This document shows, in pieces, positions 13,194 to 26,700 of a stretch of 64,000 bases of DNA (its first letter is position 1; each line of letters starts with the position of its first letter). The notes beneath the pieces were generated by a model. That model did not search any database. It was not told where the DNA came from and saw only the letters and a program-made list of their open reading frames with translations. Source of the DNA: Ptychomitrium polyphyllum (Eukaryota); NCBI GenBank assembly GCA_973851085.1, contig OZ316776.1, forward strand, positions 14,260,001-14,324,000, written 5' to 3'. The position numbers and the translations under genes are program-made.

Positions 13194-15949
13194 AAGGCAA
13201 ATTTGCATAAAGATGTACACAAGTACATATGCTTAATACTCAATCTTTGTGCCTAAACTGTGGCCTGGAATTGTTTGAATTAAAAACTATATAATTTTCT
13301 AAATGTTTTTGAAAACAGAAGTACTATTTAGTGAACAACACTAACACTGTTATTACTATTATCACTTTCATTTGTTAATTTAATTTAAAATCTAAGAAGT
13401 ATGAGGATATGCTTATAATAATGAAAATATAATGATACTTTTCATCTTTCAACAATTTTTACTTACAGCTTTTTTGTGAGCTCATGGTCATGTTCAGTGC
13501 TGTTGTATTTGGTTTGTTTTGATCTGGAACATGGGTATGCAAGCCTCCTATATTCAAGTTTCAGGAACTGTATACAATTGTACACAATAATTTTACTTGA
13601 AAAGTTACAATAATTTGTACCAGTTTTCATGACAGCATAGAAGGTGCCTTTGGGAAGAGAAGTAAGGAATCTACTTTGTGACATAAGATTTCTAACATCT
13701 TTTCAAACACTATGATGATCTAAAATACAAATTTTAGCCAATTGGCTATGCAGTTCCTGTTTTGAAAAATTAATTTCTAGCAACTTTTTTAGCAATTAGC
13801 CATCACTAATTAGCCAATATTGTCCATTTCAAGTGGCATTAGCTAATATTTAGAAATAAAAACAAATTCGCACAAAATTATTAGGAATCTACAATGTTCT
13901 AAGAATAAAATCTCCAAGGTTAACTTGAAAACTCACCAATTCTGCTAAGAGCACAATGATTAACAACATCACTAACTGAGTGTCAAAGTGAAGGCACTCC
14001 TGTAACTGCCATGAGTGCCTAAATCAATGTATAGCAAATATACTTCATTATACTAGTCCCAAATGGATCACCAATATTCCAATTTCTCCCAAAGTCAAAG
14101 GACCAGAGTCTTAAAACAGAATGTTTTCTTTCAGAGCATCAATTTGAGAGAAAAAACTTGAAAGTTTATATTCTTTTTCCAAAACAGGTTGTGGGTTCTA
14201 GAGGATGAATGCATAGAACTGTACTATCCTCTAGATCTCTTTCTCTTGGTGACTGATTCTTATCTTCTTCTTGTGATGCTGCAATCCAACAATCTAGCAA
14301 TCTGCATGGACTTTGACTGCAATCACCCTGAACCTGGGGTGACCATAAATTGCAAACCCACCTTAGAATGGAATGTGCAACAGACTTGAAACCTGCACGC
14401 CACACACCTTATCACGAGAGTTCCCGCCATGGTCAGAAATCACACTAGCCCATGGGACCAGAATACTCTTTTTGGGCGGTGGCCATTATTCCCAAATCGA
14501 AGGGGACAAAAAGAATACCTGAGAGACCGTTTCATATTCTGGCCAAACCTTATGCCCAACATCACATTCAGATGGGTGGTCAATAGCTCCATTTCATTTG
14601 ACCTGTCAAAATGAAATTGTAGTAGACACAATCAGTAACTTGAATTCAACTAACCACAAAATTCACAGGCACATGTCCACAGCTACCAGACTCAAAGTGC
14701 CAGTTGTAAATGCATAGAAGTTTACGGTGTACGTCTTCACCTCATACATCCATTGCTCTCTTTCAATTTAACATGCTCAGAGAAAAATAGGAGAAATGAA
14801 AATTTAGAAATCACTACTGTCTACTGTTTTAAAACAAAAGGAATGCACAGCAATGCAAGTGGTAACAGCTACATCCTGGAAACCCAAACTGGGTGTGTTC
14901 CTTTGATGAGGTCGATGAGTAGTTTGAGAGAGGTTGTAGTAGGTTGCTCTGCTGCACAGTGCAGTTGTACTTTTATACTTTGCAACAAGGAAGCCTAGAT
15001 TTTTTTTAAAGGAAACCCTAACTGGGTGTAATAGCTAAATGCCATGAAACTTGCTATTGGGAGTGCACATATTAGAGTTACAGATTGTTTTGAAGAATAA
15101 CTTTTGTAATTTTTGATGATGTCAACATGGCATTGTTCATTAGGGCATTCAAATGGGCAGTGACATGGGATCCATGTCAGCAACCAGTGCCAAGTGTCCA
15201 TGGCCTTGCACCACATGTCCACAATTGTAGCAATCTTGACACCAAAAATACTTACTAAAGCACTTTAAGAACTTTCAATAATGATGTGAATTTGCACTTG
15301 TTCCCATTATTCTTCCAGATACACAAAAAAGTTCATGGAAGAAATTACAGGACATTTCCATATGACTATTTAACACATCTAAATGAAGTAGAAGATAATA
15401 TGCAAAAAAATTTAAATGAATGAATAGAAGAAATTTATATAGAAAAAGACATCATGATCTTTGGATATGTTAAATAAAGATGGAACACATGTTTCATCAA
15501 ATTGAAATGGATATTATAGAAGTCAAATTCCTTTTGCAGGCTTACTACTTCCTTCAATCCAATCTTTTTAGTATTTTTTGTATCTAATATTATTATGATG
15601 GATTGAGATTTATCTTAAATTCATGGAAGTGGCATGTGTTTGATGAAAATAGAAGGTTGAATACAAATATAGAGACTTTTTTTAAATTTAACTTTCACCT
15701 AATTCCAAGTAGATCAAGATTTATAAAAAATTAAAAAACATTATACATTTTTATCACAACATGGACTAGTGTTTTGTAGTGATTGTAGTCAATTACAATT
15801 AAAAGTCATGTAAAATAATCACATAAAAACCTAAAAATATCTAAGATATCTAAGATATTTTAAGGTTCTATTAAAATTATATCATTTATTTTAAAATGTC
15901 TTTGTGAACATTTAATTGCTTGAGTTCTTGAGGTTCACTCAAAAGTGAT

Positions 15950-17150
15950 TTAGAAGAATGTTACAAGCCACCTAAGAATATCCTTCAATGTCATTCTTTC
16001 CAAAGTTGCCACTGTGGTGCTTCCATCTGCATTGGCTCTGCTTGGCAATGCAATGTATGATCTATGGCAACTTCTTGTCATGAAAAAATGTATTTAATCC
16101 TTTGAAGCTTACTTTGATGCTTCAGTTATGTTTCCAAAGGTTTGCCACTTTGATATTATTGCTTTTTAAAAATTCAATAATTGTTATTTACAAGGAAACT
16201 CAGCTTCTAATCTTGTGAAGGGAAAGATTGACCGCTTTTAACATATGTCAACTATCTTAGACCTTTGGAGTCAGGTCCAAGGTTTATTTCAATGACATCC
16301 TTTCACTTTCCAAATGCTTTAATAATTGTGGCCCATGGAGTTGATTCTAGGGAGCATTTTCAGTACATTCTAAGATCTTCAGATGCTAGCTCCCTTTTGC
16401 ATGTTGCCAGTGTTCCTAATATGCAAACGGGACGTGTTGGTTTTAGGTTTCTGACCAGGCAAAGTTTCCAAATTTCTGTTGATCTCAGCCATAGCAATGC
16501 CACATTGTCAATCCTAGCTGACCTGACTAGGCCTCCTTGGCCTAGAAATTCTCCAAAACATTCTGCACTCTGCCCTATAGGTCTACCCCTCACATGTGTG
16601 CACTCCAAATAGCACAATCCTCAATCCTGTCTGTCTTCATTTTAACTCCACGATGCAAATAGTTGGCACAATACTGAATATTGTTCATTCCCAAGGTGAG
16701 CATATGATGACTATTTTCTTACTTAGATGGGCCGACAATTGTTTAGAAGCCACTGTACTAGATTCTAGGGGAGGGAAGGGGCATGATAGATACGTACATG
16801 GCCTTGATGAATTCATTCATAGGCTTCCAGCTATGGGGCTCTTTTCATTTAAAAACTGGGTCCAGATTAGATGGCTTCCCTATCAATGTACAATTCTAGC
16901 CATATAGTATCATACATTGGTGCTATCAGAGCTGCAAGCTCTGCCAATGTTCCAGTGATTTCACAAGGGCCCAACTTCACCATCACTTCCAACTGACCTG
17001 CATGGGGAAGAGTAAACACAACAATTATCAGTTGAGCCAATTTTAATGTAGTAGATGTGTCAATCTAAAGACAGTGGTGATAGAAATGTGGGGACCTGTC
17101 AACTGTTGATTACAAATTACGCAAGGATGTACCAAGTCTGACTTAAGTCC
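15950..17150 (-). mobile_element. Decayed Ty3/Gypsy protease to RT-start remnant
   Basis: The minus strand reads L*IDTSTT (degenerate aspartic protease LIDTGAT), then VMVKLGPCEI..APMYDTIWLELYIDREAI, then DVIEINLGPDS (pre-RT linker). GC-richer island with many stops. Confidence 0.4.
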
Positions 17151-19821
17151 ATGATGTTGAAGTAGGTAATTTAGGTGTAATAATTCTTTTTAGTTTATTT
17201 CACCCTTACCTTCATTAGTGCAAGTCATAGTACCATGGAAGACTAGCACTAAGTTTGGAATCAAAATAAAGTGCAAATTGCTGTAATTTAGGTGAGTTAC
17301 ACTAATTGTAATAATTTAAGTATGATGTGACCCGCACTAATAGTCTTAATCTTTTATCTATGTTCATCTCAATAAAATCAAAATAATATTTTATAATAAC
17401 ATTTTATAAGTTAGTGATATAAAATGACAATAATTTCATGATGAGTTATTTCATAATGAATAACATCATTTATATGACATATATCAAATACATGCTTCAA
17501 AGGATACATTTATTGGGTGTAATTTCAACAAATTTTGTATTAATCATTTATTTTTTAGCATATATCATTTATCTTGTTCAACAAGAAAAGAATTTGCAAA
17601 CAACTGTTTTGTTTCTATTAGGCAGTTACAGTAGTGAGAAAATTTTAAGTGAGAAAAACAATGGAAATATTTTTTAGAAAAATCAATCTTTCCATATACA
17701 TATAATTTTATTACAAAAATACACCGCATGTTGAATTTTCTTTTTATTTGGAAGAATAATTTGTCATAAAGACATCAACTATTATACATAATATACCATT
17801 TATACAACTCTAAATGATTTTGAATATAATTTTTATCATGTGACTTTCTTACATAAAATTTATTATTAATTAAATTCTAAATTTTCAATTGATTTATAAA
17901 AATTATTCAACTAACCTTCAATCATATCCTTAATCCATTCTTACAATTAGATAAAATTTTATCATAACCATGAAATATACGTCTTAAAACCCCTCATGCT
18001 CTTCTTAGCAACGACTTATTATTGACTTGTTATATATTTATTTCAAATTAAAATCAAAATAACATTTTTATTGACATTGGCATGTAAAGAAAGGTGGGTG
18101 GGATTTTAACACTACATTAATTTTTAAGCACATATACAGTGGACTTGAATCTAAAAGTAGAATTTAAAGTGAATTACAAACCCTAAATTCTGAACACTTT
18201 ACTTGGTGAACTATTCTACCAAATGTTGATGCAAAGTTAAATTGGTTTACATATCATATTTTACAATCATATTTTGAAAGTTAAAATAATTTAAACTAAA
18301 AACATGTTATTGATAATCTGTAGTTTTGAAAGAATGATTTTTATCTATACGTTTCAAAAAATCCCTTTTGCAACAAATAAACAAACTGTTTTGCTATTTT
18401 TTTAGTAATTAAATATAAATTATTTTACTCTTTGCACTAGAAATGGTGATTTTGGAGTACTGCAACAACATATAGTTAAAAGATTTTATGGGTTCAAATC
18501 TTTATTTTTATGCTAAACAAAAATAGAATTGAAATATTTGGGTTATTGAGTTTTAAAGAATGGTTTCATTTTACTGGTTATCATTGCACAACTCTGCAAT
18601 TTGTACTAACTAGCAGACATGCAGTGTGAAGAGCTTCGTTTATACCGAGTCATCATTAGATGCCAGGCTTTTTTTTAAAGTATATTTATATTATTTTTGT
18701 CTTTAACCAGATTGACATGACATTGCTAGTACATGAGAAACTCCCCCAGGAGCAGTGGACAAACAAATTGTCTCAAGGTTACATATCCAATGCAAGTCAT
18801 GCAGCTAGAAAGAGATGATGAAAGTGCAGACTACGTTGTAACGAATATGCACACTTACTCTTGATTCTCAGGCAGATTCTGACAACACCCTGTGCCCAAT
18901 GATCCTGTCTACATTTCAAACCGAAATGTGGACCTGTAGGAGGTTATAGCTCCAAGGTACTGATTACTTGAGATTTGTCAGTTAGCAGTCTTGCATTCTA
19001 GGGCTTGTATTAAATGACCATAGCTTCTTCCTGCAAGCATAACATGTAACATTTTTCAACAATTGAAGTAACTCACCCACATCTAGCAAACTTGCAAATC
19101 GACAAAAAAAAGCATTGTGAGGACATGTGGCAATGAATGAACAAAAGTATGAATTTAGTTTGGTTACTTTGCACAAAATTTTATTTAATTTTAAGAAAAT
19201 AAGGTTTTGATAATGCAATGCCATAATATTCCATTGTCTAAACTTTGTTTGATGATCATTTTAAACACCCTAGTTTAAAGGAAAAGTTCATCAATTGAAA
19301 GTTTCACTATAAAAACCTTATTCTTATAAAATGATTTTTAGTGTTTGCATATGAATAAAGTGCTTTATTGTGTCAATGATGCCATGTAACATTAAATCCG
19401 ATTTTAGTACAATCTATTCATAATTGGTGGATATGGGAAGAAGGTGGCTATGGGCTTTCTTATCTCAATGATATTTTGAGAGATATGCCAAAATGCAAAT
19501 ATTGAAGCTTTTCATTGTTTTTTTTAGAGAAATTGACAAAAATTAAAGGTTTTCTTGTATACATAGATCTTTAAGTATAAGATTAAACAATCTTATGGCC
19601 ACCATCTTTCTAAAGCATCATTAGTGAAATTACTCCATTCCCATCATGTATAAGGTGCAAATTCCAAAAAATATAATGTGTTAAAAAATGGAACTTTGTA
19701 GTGATGGTAATAGGCTTGATATATGATAAGTTTTAGAATAATAATGGTGGTAATGGAGGGGAGGGTGTGATTGATCATAGCAGGATCATGTGGGAGTGTC
19801 TGAAGGATTTAATGTGAGGAT

Positions 19822-19898
19822 ACCCCCTAAAGAACGGCACACCATCTTATTAATTTTGAAACCCCCTAAAGAGCAGCAAACCACCTTATTAATTTTGA
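19822..19898. repeat. 39-bp imperfect tandem duplication
   Basis: ACCCCCTAAAGA..GCA.ACCA.CTTATTAATTTTGA at 19822 and 19861. Confidence 0.85.
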
Positions 19899-20049
19899 GT
19901 CTAGGTGGTGTATTAATCTATGAGTCTTTTGAACAGAAATGAAGGTGTGACCTTTAGGAGAGGCTGATTGAGGTCTTTCAATTTTCTGTTGCAGCTTTTG
20001 GTTTCACATTGCTGCCTAGTGCTTGATGCTGTGCAAGATTTCCCATAAA

Positions 20050-20750
20050 ATGAAGTTGCCAGTGTCTCAACAAATGATAAACTTAAAAACAGAATCTAGA
20101 TCATGGAATTAAGGACCATCTTGTTTCCTCAAAGTGGAGATTGACATTCATGGGTCTGGATTATGAAATTGTTCATGAAGGAATATCTTGTGTCCCAAGA
20201 ATTACCACAATTTGCAGCCAATGTCTTATGATGTTCAAATGTCCCAAAACATAAGCACAACTTATGTGCTCTCAACCTTCTTAATGCTTACTGTGACTGT
20301 ACTATGACAAAAATTCCCAGGAATATGTCGTGATGACATTGGCATATTTAGATACTGAGTGGTTGCCCTGATGGCCCTTCAGACAATATATATTTGCCAT
20401 GTCAGAAGCCTCTATGGAGTTCATATCACTTTCTTTTAATTGCTAAAAACATGGAATTGTCCTAGAACAGTTGATCAAGCCCCTCCTGTGGGGCTCTTGT
20501 TGTTGGGATTGGCTATCTACTGGCACAGCAACAGTACAATAAAAGACCATAGCAACAGAATGGTCTACCCTTTTTGAATGAAAACAGGGAAGCTAACTAT
20601 GCTAACAAAACTATAAGCTGCCACATACTGCATTCATTTGACATCAATACCAAGGCAATCATACAATCAAGCAATCAACCTATCAAGCCATGTGTGTCCA
20701 AACTGGTCACCCCAGCTATATACATGCTACAAACATGTACCTTCAATTCA
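20050..20750 (-). mobile_element. Decayed Ty3/Gypsy reverse transcriptase remnant
   Basis: The minus strand reads SKYANVITTYSWEF (degenerate Y.DDI..YS), ALRRLRAHKLCL (cf. VL.RLR...L.L) and VVILG/HKI (cf. V..LGH.I), with frameshifts. Confidence 0.55.
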
Positions 20751-23700
20751 AGCTGAGACAGGGTCCAGTGATTACTGGACACATAGTTCAGTTGTACAGA
20801 TATGAATCTGTGCATTCTCATATGAATTTCAGTGTGAGTCATAATAAAATTTAGTCTACATATCCCCTTTCTCTTCTTTCTATTTTTCATTATTATGGGA
20901 GCAAATGAGAAATGTACTTTTTTATACAGAAACTTACTTTAGAGTACATCTTTGACCATACTATATTTCCTTTTCCTTTTTACACATGTATGTGTTGCAA
21001 CCTGGTCTACAATATTGTTAGCTTCAGCCTAGCATTATTAGCTATGCAGAATGAGCTCAATTCTCAGCTGTTATTGATGTCCCTACTCCCTGCTGATCAC
21101 CTCCATTGTGGAAAACAACATTCAACAATTAACTCTCAAGGAGGCAACACATGAAGATGGAATCATGTTTTACATTTCATAAACAATTTTGTCAATGATG
21201 CAAGAATGAGACCCAGGCATGTTTTTAGTACAAGTAATAGTAATAATAATATTTTGTAATAGTAACTAGTTCTGAAAGGTATATTTTCTTGAATTAAATT
21301 AAATGCAATGTGGTAAATTGCCTTACACTGGATTGTAGTATTAAAAGTGGAAAAAAATCTAAAACAAACTTCAGGTTGAACCCTTTTTATTACTTCACAT
21401 TTACATTGAGGATTCTATATAAATCTCAAATATAGTGTGAATCACTTGAATTACACACAAAGAGGGTGTATGGTTATTATAAGACCATTTAAAACAAAGA
21501 AGAAATAAAAATCAATTTTTACATCTTGAAGTAGGTATAAAACCAAAAATAGTTTATATGATTTATTGAAACATGTCCAAAGTAAGTGCTAAAATATACA
21601 CATGTATTTTTAAATACTACAAATTACCTATCAAATTTTAAAGTAAAACTTGATTTGCAAAACAAGAATACTATGATGATATTAGATATCAAATAATGTT
21701 ATTGAAATCATTTGATTGTACATGTAAATATGTCATAATCATATAGTTTATAGTACAACATTTTAAGAGCAAAAATTAATTCTTTTAAAGAATAAGGTTC
21801 AATCTTAATATAATTTATATGATTAATTGTTGTGTAACTCATAAAAATGACTCATGTACAATTTTAAATACAAAAGTATAATGTTTGAAAGTATTTTGAA
21901 ATTGGTTTTTTATGTTTTCTATTTTTTTCTAAGTTACTTTTGAACAACCTTACTATGTAGCTATGATATAAAATCATTTACAGTATAAACATGTTGACAA
22001 TGCATTGAAACTTAGGAAACATATCTCAAAAGGAGGAAGTCAATATTTTTACACTATGTCATTTGAATGTATACAAGGGATATTAATTATAACATTAATG
22101 TCCAAAATACCCATATATTGTGCATAATATGATTCAATAAGAGATAAATATACATATATCTATTTATAAATATCATGGAATATAATTGTATGGTAGGAAT
22201 CATAAGCATTGATATGTCAATCCCAGAATGAATTAAAGTAAAATGATAAACTGTAAGGCTTATTAGGTTCAACAAAGGGAAAAAGGGAAAAAAAACTATG
22301 ATCATAGTGATCATATAATGGTGGATTTAAAGATACTAATTACATTGATTTAGATGACTTTGTGGGGTTTAATTAGCCATTTATGTGTTGCATCTATGGA
22401 GTGAATAAGTCATTAATTTTTTTATAAATATTATTCAAAAATGCTAATACTGATCAACTTGAAAAAGATTTATTTTCATTTAAACAAATTGTTGTATGTT
22501 TACACTATGTATTATCATGTTAAAATGATTTCTTCCATATAAATATACGTAGTTTTTTGTGTATTGTAATATGTATGTATATCTCTGATTTTCACTTTTA
22601 AAAAATGCACATGGAAGTATTTTGAAGGAAACGTTGGGCAAGTGCACTACTTCATAACATTATTTGAAATCCCTGTTCACTTTTTACGAGTGCAAAAAAA
22701 TAACTTTTGTATTCTGAAACGTCTTAAAATAAAAACCAAAAGTCCTTCAATCAGGCAACCTTTAAAAGGCACTTAAGATTTCAATGGCTATATACAATTG
22801 ACTCAAAACTTGGTGGGATACATTGAAAAAAGCGGAGTTCATTCAAACAAGAACATATTTTCTACCCATCAATGATTCTATCAATAAGAAGACATACAAG
22901 ATTTCTTCAATTCTTGTTTCATTTCATGGTCAAAAAAAAGCTCTAAATTTATTCAGTATAAAAACTCATAAAATAATTTAATTTTCAAAAAAAAAAAAAT
23001 ATTAAAAAAATACGGAATTTTAATATTTGAGAAACATGTTATTTTTTAAAACTATTAGAAGAAACTAGTTTCCAATGTGAAAAGTTTCTAATGCAAAGTA
23101 TACATTATATAAAAATTATATGAATATAACTTTTGAATTAGTTCAAAAGGGCTAATACATTTAATCTCCAAAAAACCATTTTTGTCTATTTGTGCTTATT
23201 ATTGAAGCTTTTTGAAGCCTTTTAGAACCTTTTATAAAATCATTAACTTTTTCAAAGCCTTTCAAACATCCCCTTGTTTTTATTCATATCTTCAAATTGA
23301 ACCTTTTTTATGTTATTAATTTATTTTTCTAACCAAATATTATTTTTTTGAAAATATGATTTAAATAAAACAACATCTTAAACCTTTTTATGTTTACAAA
23401 AAAAATTAAGAATCAAAAATTTGAAAACTATTTTTTCAAAATATTTGTTGTTTTTTCTTCCAACTATGAAATTCTCATAACAAGTTTTAAAAGGATTTAA
23501 AAGCTTCTATGATATAGAAATGGCTTTTTTGCATAAAAAACTAAAATTTTAAAAATAGAAATAATAATGTCTTTTCTTTTATTAGATGTTATATATGGTG
23601 GAGCTTTATAAAACACAATATATATTTAATTATTATAAATGAGAATAAATTCAATAACCTTATATCTCCGATCTTACAAAAATAATCACATTTTTATATT

Positions 23701-26700
23701 TTGCTATTTTTCACGTACTTCTCTATGTCTTTTATGACATTTAAAGTTTTCATAATTAAATAATTAAAATTGAGATTTTAAAGAAATTTCTAAAGTTTTT
23801 TATTAGAAGAAGTATTAATTATTCTTCAAGGAATTCATTATTATATAAGATATTTGTAGTTTATATTAATATTCCAATTATTTAAACAATTTTGTGAAGC
23901 CTCAAAGTAGACTTGAAATTAATTGTCAATATAATTTTTTAAATATATACATTTAAATTAGAATGAAGAGCTAATGGAAAACAAGCACTTTGTATTAAGA
24001 ACAATTAAAATAATATTTCTAATAGAATTATATGAATTATTTAAGGATTTTAGAAGTGTTCCCATTGTTGGTATAAAGTTAAGGAAGGAAGAGATCCTTT
24101 ATTACAATTGTCATAGATTTGTACATGATAAGAAATTTCTTGTAGCAATTCCTATTAAATATAAGAATAAAGATTTTTTATACTAAAGATCTTCCAATAG
24201 TAAAGTTGAAAGAAGAGATTTTTTGTAAAATAATTATCTTCTAAATAATATAGTCATCTTATGCAAAAAAATTATAATGTATAAAATGTATAAGGAAGAA
24301 ACAACACACAACTTGGTGCTAAAACCATAAAAAGTAAATTCTAGTATGTGTTAGAAACATATATAAATTATGCAAGGTTGTTACTATGTCTTTTTTTTGC
24401 TCCATATTTCACTATGATTCTAAGTCCATTCCATATTCCACTACCAAAGTGGGACCTTGAATATGGAAGTTGAAGTCTTGAAGAGATTATAAAAAACTTC
24501 CTACTGGTTAAAAATTCAGGATTAAAATTTCACTTATCTCCTTCTTTTCCTTTTTTGAATTTCAGCCTTGCTTTTGATTTGACATTAATTAGGTTTGCTT
24601 CTTATAATCTAGCAAGGTGGATACTATTTTTAAAGAATGCAATTCCACACAAATGCACACTAAATTCCATGTATGTATGTAATAGCAAGGTTTGCAATGA
24701 TTTATCAATACAATTGTACATGATGTTATTTACTAAGCATACAAATATCACTGAATAAAGGAAATCAAAGTTTCAAGATTGTCAATTAAAACACTCATAA
24801 TTTTTTCATAGTGTGTCTAAATAATACATTTAAACGTGAGTTGGAATTATTTTCCTCTTTTGGATATGATTAGCAATAATAATATAAAATATATTATACT
24901 ATAGCAATTATAAAATAGTCATGGTTATGAACGTTGTTGCCATGAGTTCTGGAATAAGAGGCACATGACCATGAAGGATTTAGTTGCAACAGTTTCATAT
25001 AAAACATTACTGCACGCTTTCTTTCATAACTTTTTAATCAGATAACCATATAAGGTGAAAGCAATGTATTATGTGCAGATATGACTCAAGTTAGTTGTTG
25101 TAGTTTCAGCTTTACACAAACTGATACCAAAGTTGTCTTTAGTTATACCTACCTACACCAACATCTGATTTTCTTGTTGCTCATGTGATGCTTGTGAGTC
25201 TGTCTTGGAAAGGGGAAGAATTAGTGATCTAAGGAATTGCATGAATTGTGTCCTCTAAGTATCGATGCTTTATACAATCACCAAGTTGCACTTGATCCAT
25301 GATATTTGGATATTATTCAAGGTTAATGGTTATCAACCTTGAGATTGTGTTAGTAATAAAAGGAACTTCCGTAACAGCAACTTACTGTCAACAACTTGGG
25401 GTGACAGAAACCTAACAGACATCTACTTTGTTTTTCTTTGCAATGAATTCTATGTAAGAAAAATAAAACTAAAAACCAGCAAACATATCATTCTCAGCCA
25501 AAGGCAAACTATACTTTGAAGTGCCTTTAAATAATTGAATTGATTTGGTATAATATTACCTATTTGTATATAATTAGGTGTTGGCTATTAATTAAAGTAG
25601 AATTAGTATGTAAATAGACCATACTATTTTTGGCTAATAATGCAATCTACCATAATCGTTTTAAAAATCCTATAACCTTGAAAACATACACTTGATTTGC
25701 TTAGTTTTTAACTTGTTTTCAAGTTTTGATCTTTCCAATTGGAATAATGGTGGAACACAAGAATATGATGGATGAATTTATTTGGTGATAAATAGCAATT
25801 TGAATTATAAACATTGGGCTAGTAGTAGAGATGCATATTTGTAAATAATTTGACAAATCAATTTGAGACGATTTGTGTGTTTTGCATCTTGCAACCATTC
25901 ACTAAATTAGTCAATCACAAGTAGTAAAAATGCATTTATATGAATCTTAATTAGGAACTTAACTCTCACAAAAATGCAAGTAGGTATATAAAATAAGAAT
26001 TTGGCATGTAACCATATAATAAATCATGATAAATCATAGATAAGTCAAACATGCAATGAGCATATTAAATGTGATAAATTACATTAGAAATAAATGCAAT
26101 ACCAAATTGTAAGGACAAATAGTTCTTAAAAACATTAAGGCACTTGTATGACGTTTTAATTAAATTATTACACATCAAAATTAAAAGAATAGATATTTTA
26201 CATATAAATATTAAAAAGACTAGAGGTTGAAGGAATAGATTGAATGACTCACAAGTTTTGTTATCTAATGATATATAATAAGTCTAATAGCCTAAAAATT
26301 TGAACAAAGAGACATTGATATAGTTTACAAAACTTGTTATTAAGGTATTTAAACTTGATTTGTATATAAAAACTAAGATATAGAATTGCTATTATAAACT
26401 AAAATGAAACCACATTAATTATCTAATACTATGGACATGTTTTACTATAAAGTCAACCTTTTAATTGCAATTTTTACTTTTTCATAACATCATAAAGATT
26501 CTTTTATTAAATTGTTAATTTGTAAAAATTGTAGAATGTTGATTCTAAAATGTATTGCAAAAAATTAATTAATGAATTCATGCTCAATGAATTAGATTAA
26601 GAATTTTGACTAAGCATTGTCTAGTCATTGTAATTAATCTTTAAAAATAGCAAATAGTATACTTCAAAGGTGATTATTTTTTCCAATTTTAATGGGACTT

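Noticed and set aside
13072..13215. Spaced direct repeats as a CRISPR-like array
   Set aside because: Only two full copies with a 70-bp spacer, in a eukaryotic context with no cas genes.
14150..15250. GC-richer patch with several 60-80-aa ORFs
   Set aside because: Probably TE-derived, but I could not assign a convincing motif, so it is left uncalled.
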